A stretch of DNA of 64,000 nt from Candidatus Magasanikiibacteriota bacterium. GTDB taxonomy: Bacteria; Patescibacteriota; Patescibacteriia; Magasanikbacterales; 2-02-FULL-50-9b. A model generated the notes under the pieces. It did not search any database. It was not told where the DNA came from and saw only the letters and a program-made list of their open reading frames with translations. Both the position numbers and the translations under genes were made by a program. Shown here in pieces: positions 31,523-41,588 of this stretch. Every line of letters begins with the position of its first letter. The first letter of the stretch is position 1. The stretch is from the NCBI GenBank assembly GCA_943349075.1, contig CALQYY010000001.1, forward strand, positions 8,312-72,311, written 5' to 3'.

Positions 31523-32005
31523 ATGAAATTTGAAGGCGTACACGAAAAAACATTGGTTCTTATTAAGCCAGATGCAGTTCAGCGCGGACTCGTTGGCGAA
31601 ATCGTCAAGCGTTTCGAAATTAAGGGTCTCCGCATCGTTGGTATGAAAATGATGCGCCTCGACGAAGCAACACTTCGCGAGCACTATGCACACATCGCTG
31701 CAAAGCCGTTTTATCCAACTGTTGAGAAGTTCATGATGTCATCTCCAGTTGTTGCGCTTTGTCTCGAAGGTCTCGAGGTTGTTGACGCTGTTCGCTTGGT
31801 TATGGGAATCACCAAATCACGCGCAGCAGAAGCGGGCTCAATTCGCGGTGACCTTGCGATGGGTTACGGCAACAATGTGATCCACGGATCAGATTCAGTT
31901 GAGAACGCAAAGGCTGAGGTTGCTCGCTTCTTCAAGGAAGAGGAGCTCCTTGATTACACAAAGGACGAATTCATGCACGTGTATTCAGAGGACGAACGCG
32001 TTTAA
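31523..32005 (+). CDS. ndk: nucleoside diphosphate kinase
   Basis: LVLIKPDAVQRGLVGEI and the NVIHGSDS active-site His region. Confidence 0.9.
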   Translation: MKFEGVHEKTLVLIKPDAVQRGLVGEIVKRFEIKGLRIVGMKMMRLDEATLREHYAHIAAKPFYPTVEKFMMSSPVVALCLEGLEVVDAVRLVMGITKSRAAEAGSIRGDLAMGYGNNVIHGSDSVENAKAEVARFFKEEELLDYTKDEFMHVYSEDERV

Positions 32006-32024
32006 ATTTTCTTTCACAGATAAA

Positions 32025-32054
32025 AGCGGGCCCCGAAACGGGCTCGCTTTTTAT
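32025..32054 (+). terminator. intrinsic terminator after ndk
   Basis: agcgggcc-ccgaaac-gggctcgct hairpin followed by ttttat. Confidence 0.6.
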
Positions 32055-32116
32055 ATTGACAAAATGCGGATTTTAGGGTAGGTTGGGAAAAGACCTACGA
32101 GGCTTAGGAGGCCCAC

Positions 32117-33475
32117 ATGACACGGAGTATCTTAGAGTATCTACGGTTGGATCGACCCCAGCTGTTTGCGCAGGTTGCTGCGGATCCATCTCTGGTTGAT
32201 TCGTTGGAGCAGCCGCTGCAGAAAGTGGTGGAAGAGCTGCTTGGGATCGTTCAGCCGATCATGAAAGAGCGGCGTACGATCGACAACGTTCGTCCTGACG
32301 AGGAAAAGGAGATTTTCTCTATCATGACGCGCATTGCTGGGATTCCGGCGAACAGAACGAACATGGCGCTTGCGTCAAAGCGAGTGACCGAAATGCTGGA
32401 GTCGCTCAAGAAAGACTTCATTCTCGCGCAGGTGTCGCACCAGTACGGGTCTGATGGCTCTCTTCATGAGCACGATGTCGTGACACAGGTTTTGACCGCG
32501 TGTTACCCGTGGCTCGATTTCAGTGGCGATGAGGTGGTCGAGCTTGACCACCACGAGCCTATTCTGGAGCTTCGGAGCTGGGCAGCAAATCGTCGACTCA
32601 TTTGCTCAGCCATGTTTTTGCCCTACGCGGCCGGAGATTTGACGCACGAGAGAAATATTCGGATCGTGCGGACATTTCTGGAGAGCAAGAAGACTGGTCT
32701 GTTCAGGGCGCCGCCGGGCGACATCTACCAAGAGAAGGTCAGTGTTCGGTACGACCCTCATGCTGGGTGTGTGTTTGCTGGATTTGATTCACACTCAGCA
32801 AAAAACGTGGTGGTTTTTCCCATGTTGCCGCGCTTCATCTACGTTGCAGAACGTGCCGAGTATCACCAGGTGTTTGTTGAGTTTCGTCCCCGAAAGGATC
32901 CTGCGAGTTGGTTTTGTAAGCGTCTCTCGGGGCGCGACGTTGGAGACGACATCGCCTTTCGGCTCATCGTTCGGACGCGAGAGGAGTGGCTCGCTATTCA
33001 GCCGACGCTCGATCGTGTGATGTGTGGAAAGGAGGTCGGGGGAAAGCCGCACATCATCGATGGGGTGCGCGTTGATGGCGCAAACAATGCTCACAGCGTC
33101 GAAGACGCAGGAGTTCTCTGGAAAGGGACTGTGTGCATTCCCCAGGTTGAGTCGAGTGCTGTTGAGTTGCAAGTTGTGTTGTTCAGCACGTACTGGAACC
33201 GAGTTTACTCGATTTCTCAGGCGAGCGACGCGGTCTACAAGGTGGCACAATGGTTCAAGGTGATCAAGGAGTTGTCGGTCGCTCCTATCGAAGTTGTGTT
33301 CCCTGTAGCAATTCACCCCGAGCTTCGGCGGTGGGGGTACCGAAGCGAGATGTTGCGGACGCGTCTGCTCAAGAAAGTCTCTGACCCTGCCAGAATCGAT
33401 GCTGACGTGCTTGTGTACATCGACCGGGCGGTGGAGCACTTCAGAACCAAGGAGAACTTCAAGCTGTCCGACTAG
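32117..33475 (+). CDS. hypothetical 452-aa protein in a high-GC insert
   Basis: GC is about 58 percent against about 40 percent in the flanks. TTGACA-N17-TAGGTT promoter and AGGAGG RBS. Bracketed by the ndk terminator and its own terminator. No confidently recognisable domain. Confidence 0.5.
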   Translation: MTRSILEYLRLDRPQLFAQVAADPSLVDSLEQPLQKVVEELLGIVQPIMKERRTIDNVRPDEEKEIFSIMTRIAGIPANRTNMALASKRVTEMLESLKKDFILAQVSHQYGSDGSLHEHDVVTQVLTACYPWLDFSGDEVVELDHHEPILELRSWAANRRLICSAMFLPYAAGDLTHERNIRIVRTFLESKKTGLFRAPPGDIYQEKVSVRYDPHAGCVFAGFDSHSAKNVVVFPMLPRFIYVAERAEYHQVFVEFRPRKDPASWFCKRLSGRDVGDDIAFRLIVRTREEWLAIQPTLDRVMCGKEVGGKPHIIDGVRVDGANNAHSVEDAGVLWKGTVCIPQVESSAVELQVVLFSTYWNRVYSISQASDAVYKVAQWFKVIKELSVAPIEVVFPVAIHPELRRWGYRSEMLRTRLLKKVSDPARIDADVLVYIDRAVEHFRTKENFKLSD

Positions 33476-33480
33476 TCCTG

Positions 33481-33533
33481 CCCCTGCGTTTTTGTGGAAT
33501 AACTATCCACCATAAAACGCAGGGGCTTTTTTA
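33481..33533 (+). terminator. intrinsic terminator (12-bp stem, long loop) after the high-GC gene
   Basis: cccctgcgtttt ... aaaacgcagggg inverted repeat followed by cttttttattt. Confidence 0.5.
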
Positions 33534-33571
33534 TTTGTCAGAACGCGGGATTTTCGCTAGTATAGCCTTAC

Positions 33572-34615
33572 ATGAAGTTACTAATTATCACTCAAAAAGT
33601 TGATAACCAGGATGATGTCCTGGGTTTTATGCATCGCTGGATAGAGCAGTTTGCGGCGCAGTGCGAGCAGGTGACAGTGATTTGTTTGTTTGAGGGGCGC
33701 CACGCGCTTCCGGCGAATGTGCGGGTTTTTTCGTTGGGGAAAGAAAAAGGCGTTTCACGTTTGGAATATTTGGTGCGTTTTTTTAGAATTATTTGGCGCG
33801 AGCGTGCGGCGTATGACTCGGTGTTTGTGCACATGAATCAGATTTATGTTTTGCTTGGTGGATTGCTCTGGCGTGCGCTCGGGAAGCGTGTTGCTCTGTG
33901 GTATGCACATGGAGCAGTGCCCTCGTCGCTGCGGGTGGCGGAGAAGATGGTGAATACTGTTTTTACATCAACAAAATCAGGTTTTCGTTTGCCAAGCAAA
34001 AAGATTCGCGTGGTTGGACAGGGAATTGATACGGACTTTTTTTGTCCGAAGGCTCGTGAGGATGCTCAAGGTTTTAGAATTGTTGTGGTTGGGAGAATTT
34101 CGCCGATTAAGGATTATGAGACGTTGATTTTGGCGGCAGAAAAGTTGCAGAGTAAAATTGAAGGTTTGTCTGTTGAAATTGTTGGGGGCGCTGGACTACC
34201 GGAGCAGGAAAAATATTTAGATCAACTCAAAAAGTTGGTCACAGAAAAAAAACTCGAGGGTGTTGTGCGTTTTGCGGGGCCGCTCGCGAACAATGATATT
34301 GTTTCGCGTTTGCAGCGCGCAGATCTTTTTGTTAATACGAGTTTTACAGGAAGTTTGGATAAGGCGATTCTTGAGGCAATGTCGTGCGGAGTTCCGGTTT
34401 TGACGTGCAATGAGGCGCTTCAGGAGGTTTTGGGATCCTACACGAATCAACTCATGTTTGAGAAGAAAGATGTCGACGGTCTTGAAGAAAAGATAAAATT
34501 CTTGGAGGCGATCGGTGAAACAGAAAGAAAAAAACTCGGACAAAATTTGAGGGAGATTGTTGTGCGGGGTCACGGGCTAGAAGGTTTTGTTGCGCGAATT
34601 ATTTCACTACTATGA
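33572..34615 (+). CDS. glycosyltransferase family 1/4 (GT-B)
   Basis: C-terminal E...FxxP...E nucleotide-sugar binding motifs (ILEAMSCGVPVL). Confidence 0.75.
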   Translation: MKLLIITQKVDNQDDVLGFMHRWIEQFAAQCEQVTVICLFEGRHALPANVRVFSLGKEKGVSRLEYLVRFFRIIWRERAAYDSVFVHMNQIYVLLGGLLWRALGKRVALWYAHGAVPSSLRVAEKMVNTVFTSTKSGFRLPSKKIRVVGQGIDTDFFCPKAREDAQGFRIVVVGRISPIKDYETLILAAEKLQSKIEGLSVEIVGGAGLPEQEKYLDQLKKLVTEKKLEGVVRFAGPLANNDIVSRLQRADLFVNTSFTGSLDKAILEAMSCGVPVLTCNEALQEVLGSYTNQLMFEKKDVDGLEEKIKFLEAIGETERKKLGQNLREIVVRGHGLEGFVARIISLL

Positions 34616-35697
34616 ATCCTGTAAAGTTGTACATGGAAGATTGGTATCGCGAACCGACGTTGCGAAGTTATATTTTTTTGTTGTATCCGCGATGGGGAGT
34701 TGTTGCTAAAAGCTCCATGCCTTATATTGCGGCTGCGGTGACGAAATATAAATATTCTGGCGAGGATTATGTTTTTGTAGATAACATTGCTGATACTGAT
34801 TATGTGCTTGTTCCACATCCGCCCGGACTTTTTTTGAAATTTAATAAGGAAAAATACGAAAAAATAATTGCGCAGGCGCGTGCGGCTAAAAAGTTAATTT
34901 TAATCGAGGGTTCGGGGGATATTGAAATGCCGATGGATGGTGATGATCTGGTTTTGCTGCGTCAAAGTCAGTATCGGTATTCTGCGCGTCCAAATGAAAT
35001 GACGGTGCCGCTACCCGCAGATGATTTGCTTCAAGCGTATTTTGAAAATAAGTTAGTTGTTCGAAAAAAAAGTGAAATTCCGTCGGTTGGTTTTGCGGGT
35101 TGGGCGCAGATTAGTTTGAAACAGCGATTGAAAACGTATTTAAAATTTGCACCAACATTTGTGCGAGCAATCTTTCATCCTGAAAAATTTGCAGAGCAAA
35201 AAGGTGTGTTGCTGCGAGAAAAAGTTTTAAAAAAATTATTTGCAACTCAAGGAATTAAGACAAATTTTTTGGGACGCACAAGTTATGCAGGGAATCCGGT
35301 AACCGCTTCTGGGTCAATGGAAAAAAATCGTCAGGAATTTGTCGAAAATCTTGCGGGGTCTGATTACGCGTTGTGCGTTCGCGGTGATGGAAATTCGTCG
35401 ATCCGTTTTTATGAGGCGCTGAGCCTCGGGAGAATACCATTGTTTTTGGACACAGCATGTGTTTTGCCGTTGGAACATGCGATTGATTATAGAAAGTTTT
35501 GCGTTTTTGTGGACCATAAAGATTTAAATAAAATTGGTGAGAAGCTTTTAGAGTTTCATAAAAATTGTAGTGCGGCTGAATTTGAGCAAATGCAACTTCA
35601 CGCGCGTGAAGCGTATGAAAAATATTTACGACCAGATGCTTTCCCAAAACACTTAGCGGAGGAGCTCAGTGTGTATGCTGCAAAATATTATGAATAA
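34612..35697 (+). CDS. exostosin-like (GT47-like) putative glycosyltransferase
   Basis: YALCVRGDGNSSIRFYEALSLGRIPLFL and the following block match the exostosin-family C-terminal signature as I recall it. Confidence 0.45.
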   Translation: MNPVKLYMEDWYREPTLRSYIFLLYPRWGVVAKSSMPYIAAAVTKYKYSGEDYVFVDNIADTDYVLVPHPPGLFLKFNKEKYEKIIAQARAAKKLILIEGSGDIEMPMDGDDLVLLRQSQYRYSARPNEMTVPLPADDLLQAYFENKLVVRKKSEIPSVGFAGWAQISLKQRLKTYLKFAPTFVRAIFHPEKFAEQKGVLLREKVLKKLFATQGIKTNFLGRTSYAGNPVTASGSMEKNRQEFVENLAGSDYALCVRGDGNSSIRFYEALSLGRIPLFLDTACVLPLEHAIDYRKFCVFVDHKDLNKIGEKLLEFHKNCSAAEFEQMQLHAREAYEKYLRPDAFPKHLAEELSVYAAKYYE

Positions 35698-36676
35698 AAA
35701 AATATCCGTAGTAATTCCGGTATATAACGAAGTTCAGACAATTGAAAAGCTTCTGAGTGAGTTGCAGAAACTTCCAGAGCACGCGGATTTTGAATGGGAA
35801 TATATTTTTGTAGACGATGGTAGCAATGATGAGAGTTTAAAAAAAATAGAAGTATGTGCAAAGACATATAGTCAGGTTTGTTTTCTTGCGTTTACGCGAA
35901 ATTTTGGAAAAGAAGCTGCTGTTGCTGCGGGCATTGAAGTATCATCGGGTGATGCTGTTGTTATTATTGATGCGGACTTGCAGCATCCTCCTGCAATTAT
36001 TTCTGAATTTATTAAAAAATGGAATGATGGCGCGCTTGTTGTTAGTGGTGTGCGCACTGTTCGTCAACACGATGGTGTTATCAGAAAAGCTGGATCGCGA
36101 ATCTTTTATGGTGTCATGTCGCTTTTGACACATGAAAAAAAGATGCAGGTTGAATCAACTGATTTTCGATTGCTCGACAGAATCGTTGTTAGTGAATTTT
36201 TGCGTTTAAAAGAGCATCGAAGACTAAATCGATCGCTTATAGATTGGCTTGGGTTTCAAAGTGTTGATGTACGTTTTGACGTAGCAGATCGCTCTCAGGG
36301 GTCTGCGCGGTATAGCTATAGTAAACTCACAAAAACAGCAATTGGTGCGATTGTATCCAACAGTCAAATTCCACTTTCATTAGCTGGTTATCTTGGTTGT
36401 CTCATAACTTTTTTTGCAGGATTTTTGGGTCTCTTTATCATTGTTGAACAGCTTATTTTGAAAGACCCATGGCGCTTGAATGCGTCCGCATCTGCAATGA
36501 TGGCGGTGTTTATTTTATTCTTGAACGGGATTGTTTTGATGTGTCTTGGGCTTATATCACTATACATCGGTTCAATTCACGAAGAGTCGCTCGGGCGTCC
36601 GTTGTATGTTGTTGGTAAGCGTTCTAGTTTTTCTTCGAATGTTTCGCAAAGAACTGAGAAAGAAGAAACGAACTAA
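35690..36676 (+). CDS. glycosyltransferase family 2, polyprenyl-phosphate sugar transferase (DPM1/GtrB-like) with C-terminal TM helices
   Basis: VVIPVYNE, DDGSND and DADLQHPP motifs plus two to four C-terminal TM segments. The start overlaps the upstream stop. Confidence 0.75.
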   Translation: MNKKISVVIPVYNEVQTIEKLLSELQKLPEHADFEWEYIFVDDGSNDESLKKIEVCAKTYSQVCFLAFTRNFGKEAAVAAGIEVSSGDAVVIIDADLQHPPAIISEFIKKWNDGALVVSGVRTVRQHDGVIRKAGSRIFYGVMSLLTHEKKMQVESTDFRLLDRIVVSEFLRLKEHRRLNRSLIDWLGFQSVDVRFDVADRSQGSARYSYSKLTKTAIGAIVSNSQIPLSLAGYLGCLITFFAGFLGLFIIVEQLILKDPWRLNASASAMMAVFILFLNGIVLMCLGLISLYIGSIHEESLGRPLYVVGKRSSFSSNVSQRTEKEETN

Positions 36677-37904
36677 GCGCAAGATTAAAAACACGGCTTG
36701 CGATTTTTGCAATAACTGCGCCTAAGATAAAATATTTTGGAATCAAAACAAAAAGCGCGGCAATATTAAAACATGCAGAGGCAATATTGAAAATATATAG
36801 CTCGCGTTTTGCTGTATGTGCTTGGAGAACTGCGACAGGAATTATTGTTGCGATTGGAATCAGCGCAAACACGTATATTTGTGTGTAATAAATTGAATCC
36901 GCGTATTTCGGAAAAAGGTAGTCGAAAATGTATGGCGCAGCAAAATAAAACACAATAGAAACGAGTGTTGCTAGGAATGTGAAACCAATAATTTTTCTCC
37001 AAAATGATTCTTTGATTTCGCTAATATCACGGTTTGCAAATTTTGGAAATGCAAGAACGGATGCTGTATTAAAAAGCGCTTTAAGTTGGTCGGGAATTGC
37101 TTTTGTAAAACTATAAACAGCAAGCTGGGCTGCGCCTAAATAGTGAAAAGTTAATATCTGATCGATTTGCGTCGAAATCGTGTTCAATATATTCATCGCA
37201 CTAAAATGAGCACCGACCTCGAGAAGGTTTTCACTGTTGATTGTATTTGGCTTGTATTTTTTGAATGTCCAGACGCATAAGGATGCTCCTGTAAGAATAT
37301 GAACAACAAGATAAATTAAAAAGAATGTTAGAGGGTTTTGAACAAAAAATGTTCCTACGAGGAGTGCGATAGCAGGAATTGCATTAAGTATAATTCCGAA
37401 ATAGCTATTAAATCGAAACTCTTTTTTTCCTTCGAGAAATGATCCGTATAAGTAGGCAAGCTGAAAGAGCGGTCCGAGAATCGCAATAGCAAGTGCTCCA
37501 AGACCAAGTGTTGGGTTTGTGTGATAGAAATGGTAGTAAGCAATTCCAAATGCAATTGCAGACATTGGAGCGCTACCAATAATTGAATATTTAAATGACT
37601 GTCTGTAGGCACCCTCTTTTCCTTGGGCTATTGCACGAACGACTGCGGCTGAAAGGCCTGTAAATGAAAAAGCGGTGAGGGTCCAAAACAATGAAAGAAG
37701 AAAGCGGTAAGTTCCGTAGACCTCCTTTGAGACATATCGAGCAAAAGTGATTGATAGGATGAACGCTATGAAACTAATTCCTACTTGGCCAAATCCTAGC
37801 CAGAAACCACCCTTTGCTAAATACACCATATCTGTTTTGGTGTATTTTTCAGATGTTCGCAAAAGGCTGTAAATCCTGTTTCGAAGCTTTGGCAAAAGTT
37901 CCAT
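36624..37904 (-). CDS. polysaccharide flippase, Wzx-like MOP superfamily
   Basis: About 12 predicted TM helices and the polysaccharide-biosynthesis-protein-family architecture. Confidence 0.7.
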   Translation of the reverse strand: MELLPKLRNRIYSLLRTSEKYTKTDMVYLAKGGFWLGFGQVGISFIAFILSITFARYVSKEVYGTYRFLLSLFWTLTAFSFTGLSAAVVRAIAQGKEGAYRQSFKYSIIGSAPMSAIAFGIAYYHFYHTNPTLGLGALAIAILGPLFQLAYLYGSFLEGKKEFRFNSYFGIILNAIPAIALLVGTFFVQNPLTFFLIYLVVHILTGASLCVWTFKKYKPNTINSENLLEVGAHFSAMNILNTISTQIDQILTFHYLGAAQLAVYSFTKAIPDQLKALFNTASVLAFPKFANRDISEIKESFWRKIIGFTFLATLVSIVFYFAAPYIFDYLFPKYADSIYYTQIYVFALIPIATIIPVAVLQAHTAKRELYIFNIASACFNIAALFVLIPKYFILGAVIAKIASRVFNLALSSFLLSQFFAKHSKKN

Positions 37905-37910
37905 AGTATT

Positions 37911-38582
37911 TTATTTTTTTGCAGTCACCAAATACCCGAGTGGATAATGGTTCTCGTTGTAGTTTTTTCTACTCTGCTTGCTTAGCTTCTGAAAAAGTTT
38001 GTCGAGCCAAGATGCAATGAAAGAGCAGGGTAGTTCAACAATGTGACTTAGTTTTTGTGGGAGATGGCGGCCTAGCATTAAATGTCGAGCTTTCATAATG
38101 CCTGGTGCGATTGGTGTTATCGTAATTGATGAAAATCCGATATTCTCAAGAAGTTTTTTTAACGCTTGGTCGGTGAAGCGGTGGTAATCGTTCGGTGATG
38201 GGTGAATTGGAAACATGAACGGCACAACGATCAAAACCGAACCGTCTTTTTTGAGTACGCGAAATGTTTCGGTTAATAATTGATGGTAATTGAAAACGTG
38301 CTCAATGACGTTCATGAGAATAGCGCCATCGTAGTGATTGTTGGGAATGGAGAGTGGTTTTTCTAGATCGGCAACAATGTCTGGTTTTGCATCGACGTCG
38401 ATATTGAGAGACGTTGCTTTAAAATTACCTTTGATCAGGTTATGATATTCCGCAGTTGTTCCACCACCTAAATCTAAAACCGAACCATTGAGTGTTTCTG
38501 ACTGAAGAAGCTGATAGGTTGATCGTCGAAAAATACTAAGCATAATCATCGAAGTATACGGTTCTGTGTCACTAGTTGTCAA
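37911..38582 (-). CDS. class I SAM-dependent methyltransferase
   Basis: VLDLGGGTT motif I and a Methyltransf_11-like core. Confidence 0.7.
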   Translation of the reverse strand: MTTSDTEPYTSMIMLSIFRRSTYQLLQSETLNGSVLDLGGGTTAEYHNLIKGNFKATSLNIDVDAKPDIVADLEKPLSIPNNHYDGAILMNVIEHVFNYHQLLTETFRVLKKDGSVLIVVPFMFPIHPSPNDYHRFTDQALKKLLENIGFSSITITPIAPGIMKARHLMLGRHLPQKLSHIVELPCSFIASWLDKLFQKLSKQSRKNYNENHYPLGYLVTAKK

Positions 38583-38632
38583 AATAAAAACTCACCAGAA
38601 TATGGTGAGTAATTATCGATATTTAATGAAAA

Positions 38633-38818
38633 TTAAACAATCTCTTTTGCAAGTTTAGTCACTGTTTTCCAGCAGTTTGTGCAGATGAGTACGCGAGTAC
38701 CCAAAACACGACGTGGCTGCAAATTAATGCTTGACCACTTTTTTGACTGGATGTTTGAGTGACTGCGTGTTGCAGAGCGGACAGGGCCGCGGGTGCAAAG
38801 TTTACAGATTTGAGCCAT
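38633..38818 (-). CDS. rpmB: 50S ribosomal protein L28
   Basis: MAQICKLCTRGP...SHSN... matches the L28 family. Start set at MAQ. Confidence 0.8.
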   Translation of the reverse strand: MAQICKLCTRGPVRSATRSHSNIQSKKWSSINLQPRRVLGTRVLICTNCWKTVTKLAKEIV

Positions 38819-38892
38819 AGTGTTACGCTTTACTCGTAATTTCAAGTGCTAGAAGTGTATCAGAAACACGTTAATTAAGCAAGGGGTCGCCT

Positions 38893-39489
38893 ATGGATAT
38901 CATTTTTGACATTATCATCATTGTATTTTCCGCTATTTTGCATGAAATTTCTCACGGACTGGCGGCGCGGGCGCTGGGGGACAAGACTGCTGAATATGCA
39001 GGAAGGTTGACGCTTAACCCGATGGCACATATCGATCCTTATGGCTCGGTCATCATGCCGTTATTTTTGTGGTTTGTGTCGGGTGGACGATTTTTGTTCG
39101 CATACGCAAAACCAGTTCCGTTTAATCCGTACAATCTAAGAAATCAAAAGTGGGGACCTGCACTCGTTGGACTTGCGGGGCCGGCAACGAATTTCGCAAT
39201 TGCAATCGTGCTTGCTGGAATTATTCGGCTCGACCTGTTTTCATTTGGAATTGCTGAGTTTCTAGTTCGTGTTTTGCTTATCAACCTTTCGCTTGGTGTG
39301 TTTAATTTATTGCCAATTCCACCACTTGATGGTTCGCGTCTTATGTATGTTTTTTTGCCGCGACGGCTTGAGCGATATAAAGCAATGTTTGAGCAGTATG
39401 GAATGTGGGTTGCCCTACTTTTTGTTTTCTTTTTTTCGTACCTACTCTTGTATCCGATTGAATGGATCGCGCGGATTTTGATTGGATAA
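38893..39489 (+). CDS. site-2 protease family (peptidase M50) membrane metalloprotease, short form
   Basis: HEISHG HExxH motif within a TM helix, and a later LNLLPIPPLDG motif. Confidence 0.7.
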   Translation: MDIIFDIIIIVFSAILHEISHGLAARALGDKTAEYAGRLTLNPMAHIDPYGSVIMPLFLWFVSGGRFLFAYAKPVPFNPYNLRNQKWGPALVGLAGPATNFAIAIVLAGIIRLDLFSFGIAEFLVRVLLINLSLGVFNLLPIPPLDGSRLMYVFLPRRLERYKAMFEQYGMWVALLFVFFFSYLLLYPIEWIARILIG

Positions 39490-39493
39490 AATT

Positions 39494-40645
39494 ATGAAAA
39501 AATTGGTTTACATTGCAAATAATCGAATGCCTGCAGAGAGAGCGTACAGTTCTCAAATTATGTCCATGTGCATGGAATTTGCTGAATTATGTTCACAACG
39601 TAATTGGAATTTTGAGCTAGTCATTCCTCGTCGATATTTACCAGCAGGAGAGGATGTTTTTTCTTATCATGGTTTTGAAAAAAAATTTAATGTAGTTTAT
39701 CTAGCTTGTTATGATGCAATACATCTAATACCTCAATTAGGGCAGCTTGCATATTGGCTCCAATCAATAACTTTTGTTGCTAGTTTATTGTTGTGGCGTC
39801 TTAAACAAACAGACAAAATAACTGTTTACACAAGAGAGATCTATATTTCAGCATTTTTTTCTCAAAGTGCTTATGAAATGCACACTATTCCGGAGAGAGC
39901 ATCGTGGTTATTACGCAGGTTATTGCGGCGTTGCACATATATCATTGCGATTACACATGGAATGAAACGAGATTTAATCTCTCTTGGATGTGATGCTGAG
40001 CGCATTTTGGTTGCGTCTGACGGCATTGATCTAGAGCGATTTGGTAATGAGATTAGCAAAGAATCTGCTCGTAGAGATCTTGTACTACCCGTTGATAAAT
40101 TTATTGTTGTCTATGCGGGTAGTTTTTTTCAGCATCTATGGAAGGGGGTGACTACTTTACTGAGTGCTGCAAAGAAATTGGATCATGAGACGCATATACT
40201 GTTTATTTTTGTCGGAGGGCATCCGGAAGAGATTGATGCGATAAACGAAGGTCTTAAGAACTATGAGAATATTAAGCTCGTTGAGCACTCACCATTTCAA
40301 GTGGTGAGAAAGTATTTAGCTGCTGCAGATGTTCTGGTTATCCCTAACAATAGCGGATATCGCGTCTCAAATCACTATACGTCGCCGCTAAAATTATTCG
40401 AATATATGGCTGCGCAGCGATTAATTGTTGCTTCAGATTTGCCATCCATTAAAGAAATTATTAGTGAAGAAAGTGCTGTATTTTTTGAGCCAAATAATGT
40501 TGATGATTTATCATCTGTACTGCAGAATTTGTCGCATAATTATGGTCTACATAAACAAAAAGTGTTTAATTCGTTTAATCTAGTAAAATCCTATACATGG
40601 AAAAAGCGTGCTGAGCGCATTTTAGGCTTTTTGGATTTACATTAA
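39494..40645 (+). CDS. glycosyltransferase family 1/4 (GT-B)
   Basis: C-terminal GT1 signature (SPLKLFEYMAAQRLIVASD). Confidence 0.75.
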   Translation: MKKLVYIANNRMPAERAYSSQIMSMCMEFAELCSQRNWNFELVIPRRYLPAGEDVFSYHGFEKKFNVVYLACYDAIHLIPQLGQLAYWLQSITFVASLLLWRLKQTDKITVYTREIYISAFFSQSAYEMHTIPERASWLLRRLLRRCTYIIAITHGMKRDLISLGCDAERILVASDGIDLERFGNEISKESARRDLVLPVDKFIVVYAGSFFQHLWKGVTTLLSAAKKLDHETHILFIFVGGHPEEIDAINEGLKNYENIKLVEHSPFQVVRKYLAAADVLVIPNNSGYRVSNHYTSPLKLFEYMAAQRLIVASDLPSIKEIISEESAVFFEPNNVDDLSSVLQNLSHNYGLHKQKVFNSFNLVKSYTWKKRAERILGFLDLH

Positions 40646-40670
40646 ATATTATGATAAAGTTGCTGACGCT

Positions 40671-41582
40671 ATGAAGAAAAATGAAAAAATTATAATTACA
40701 GGAGGTCTAGGGTTCATATTCTCTTATGTGACTGAGTATTATGTCGCACAAGGTTACGATGTCGTTGTTATTGATAATCAGACAGAAGGGAGTCACCCTG
40801 AAATAATTGATGGCAGCTTTCATTACTACAACCTAGATGTTGCTGAGCCATCAGTAATGAAAATTATAGAGGAGTACAACCCGGATTATATTATTCATGC
40901 TGCGGCTATTTCGGACGTTGATTATTCAATTAGAAATCCATACCAGACTTTGCAAAAAAATATTATGGGTAACCTTAATATTTTTGAAGCTGCGCGTCAT
41001 CTTACAAACTTGAAAAAAATTGTATACGTCTCTACGGATGAAGTGTATGGTGAGTGCGAACATTTAAAGCGTGAGGATGAAATCATTTTTCCAAAAAATC
41101 CTTACTCATGTTCTAAGGCTGTTGGTTCGCTATTTCGGATTGCATTTGAAAGTACCTTTAGTGAGTTGAAGGATAAGACTGCTGAAACGCGTTTTTGCAA
41201 TGTATTTGGACCTCGTCAGGATAGTAGAAAAATTTTACCGGCTATTAAAGAGGGTCTTGAGAAGGGGAAATCATTACCATTACACAGCGAAGGAAAAGGT
41301 TATCGTGAATATATTTACGTCAAAAATATTCCTGAAGCCGTTGATCTCATTTTACATAACGGTAATCGTACATATAATCTTACCTTAAATGAGGGCTTTA
41401 CTGTTTCAGAGCTGATTAATAAAGTTGAAAAAGTTTCAGGCAAGAAAATTATGACACACCCAACAGATCGGCCAGGAATGGATCTTAAATATCAAATGGA
41501 TAATAGTAGAATTATGGAACTTGGTTGGAAACCTCTATACAGTTTCGAGCAAGGTCTTACTGAATATTTAGGGGAGCTCTAA
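40671..41582 (+). CDS. NAD-dependent sugar epimerase/dehydratase (SDR family)
   Basis: TGGLGFIFS Rossmann motif and a YSCSK catalytic YxxxK. Confidence 0.8.
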   Translation: MKKNEKIIITGGLGFIFSYVTEYYVAQGYDVVVIDNQTEGSHPEIIDGSFHYYNLDVAEPSVMKIIEEYNPDYIIHAAAISDVDYSIRNPYQTLQKNIMGNLNIFEAARHLTNLKKIVYVSTDEVYGECEHLKREDEIIFPKNPYSCSKAVGSLFRIAFESTFSELKDKTAETRFCNVFGPRQDSRKILPAIKEGLEKGKSLPLHSEGKGYREYIYVKNIPEAVDLILHNGNRTYNLTLNEGFTVSELINKVEKVSGKKIMTHPTDRPGMDLKYQMDNSRIMELGWKPLYSFEQGLTEYLGEL

Positions 41583-41588
41583 GAGATT

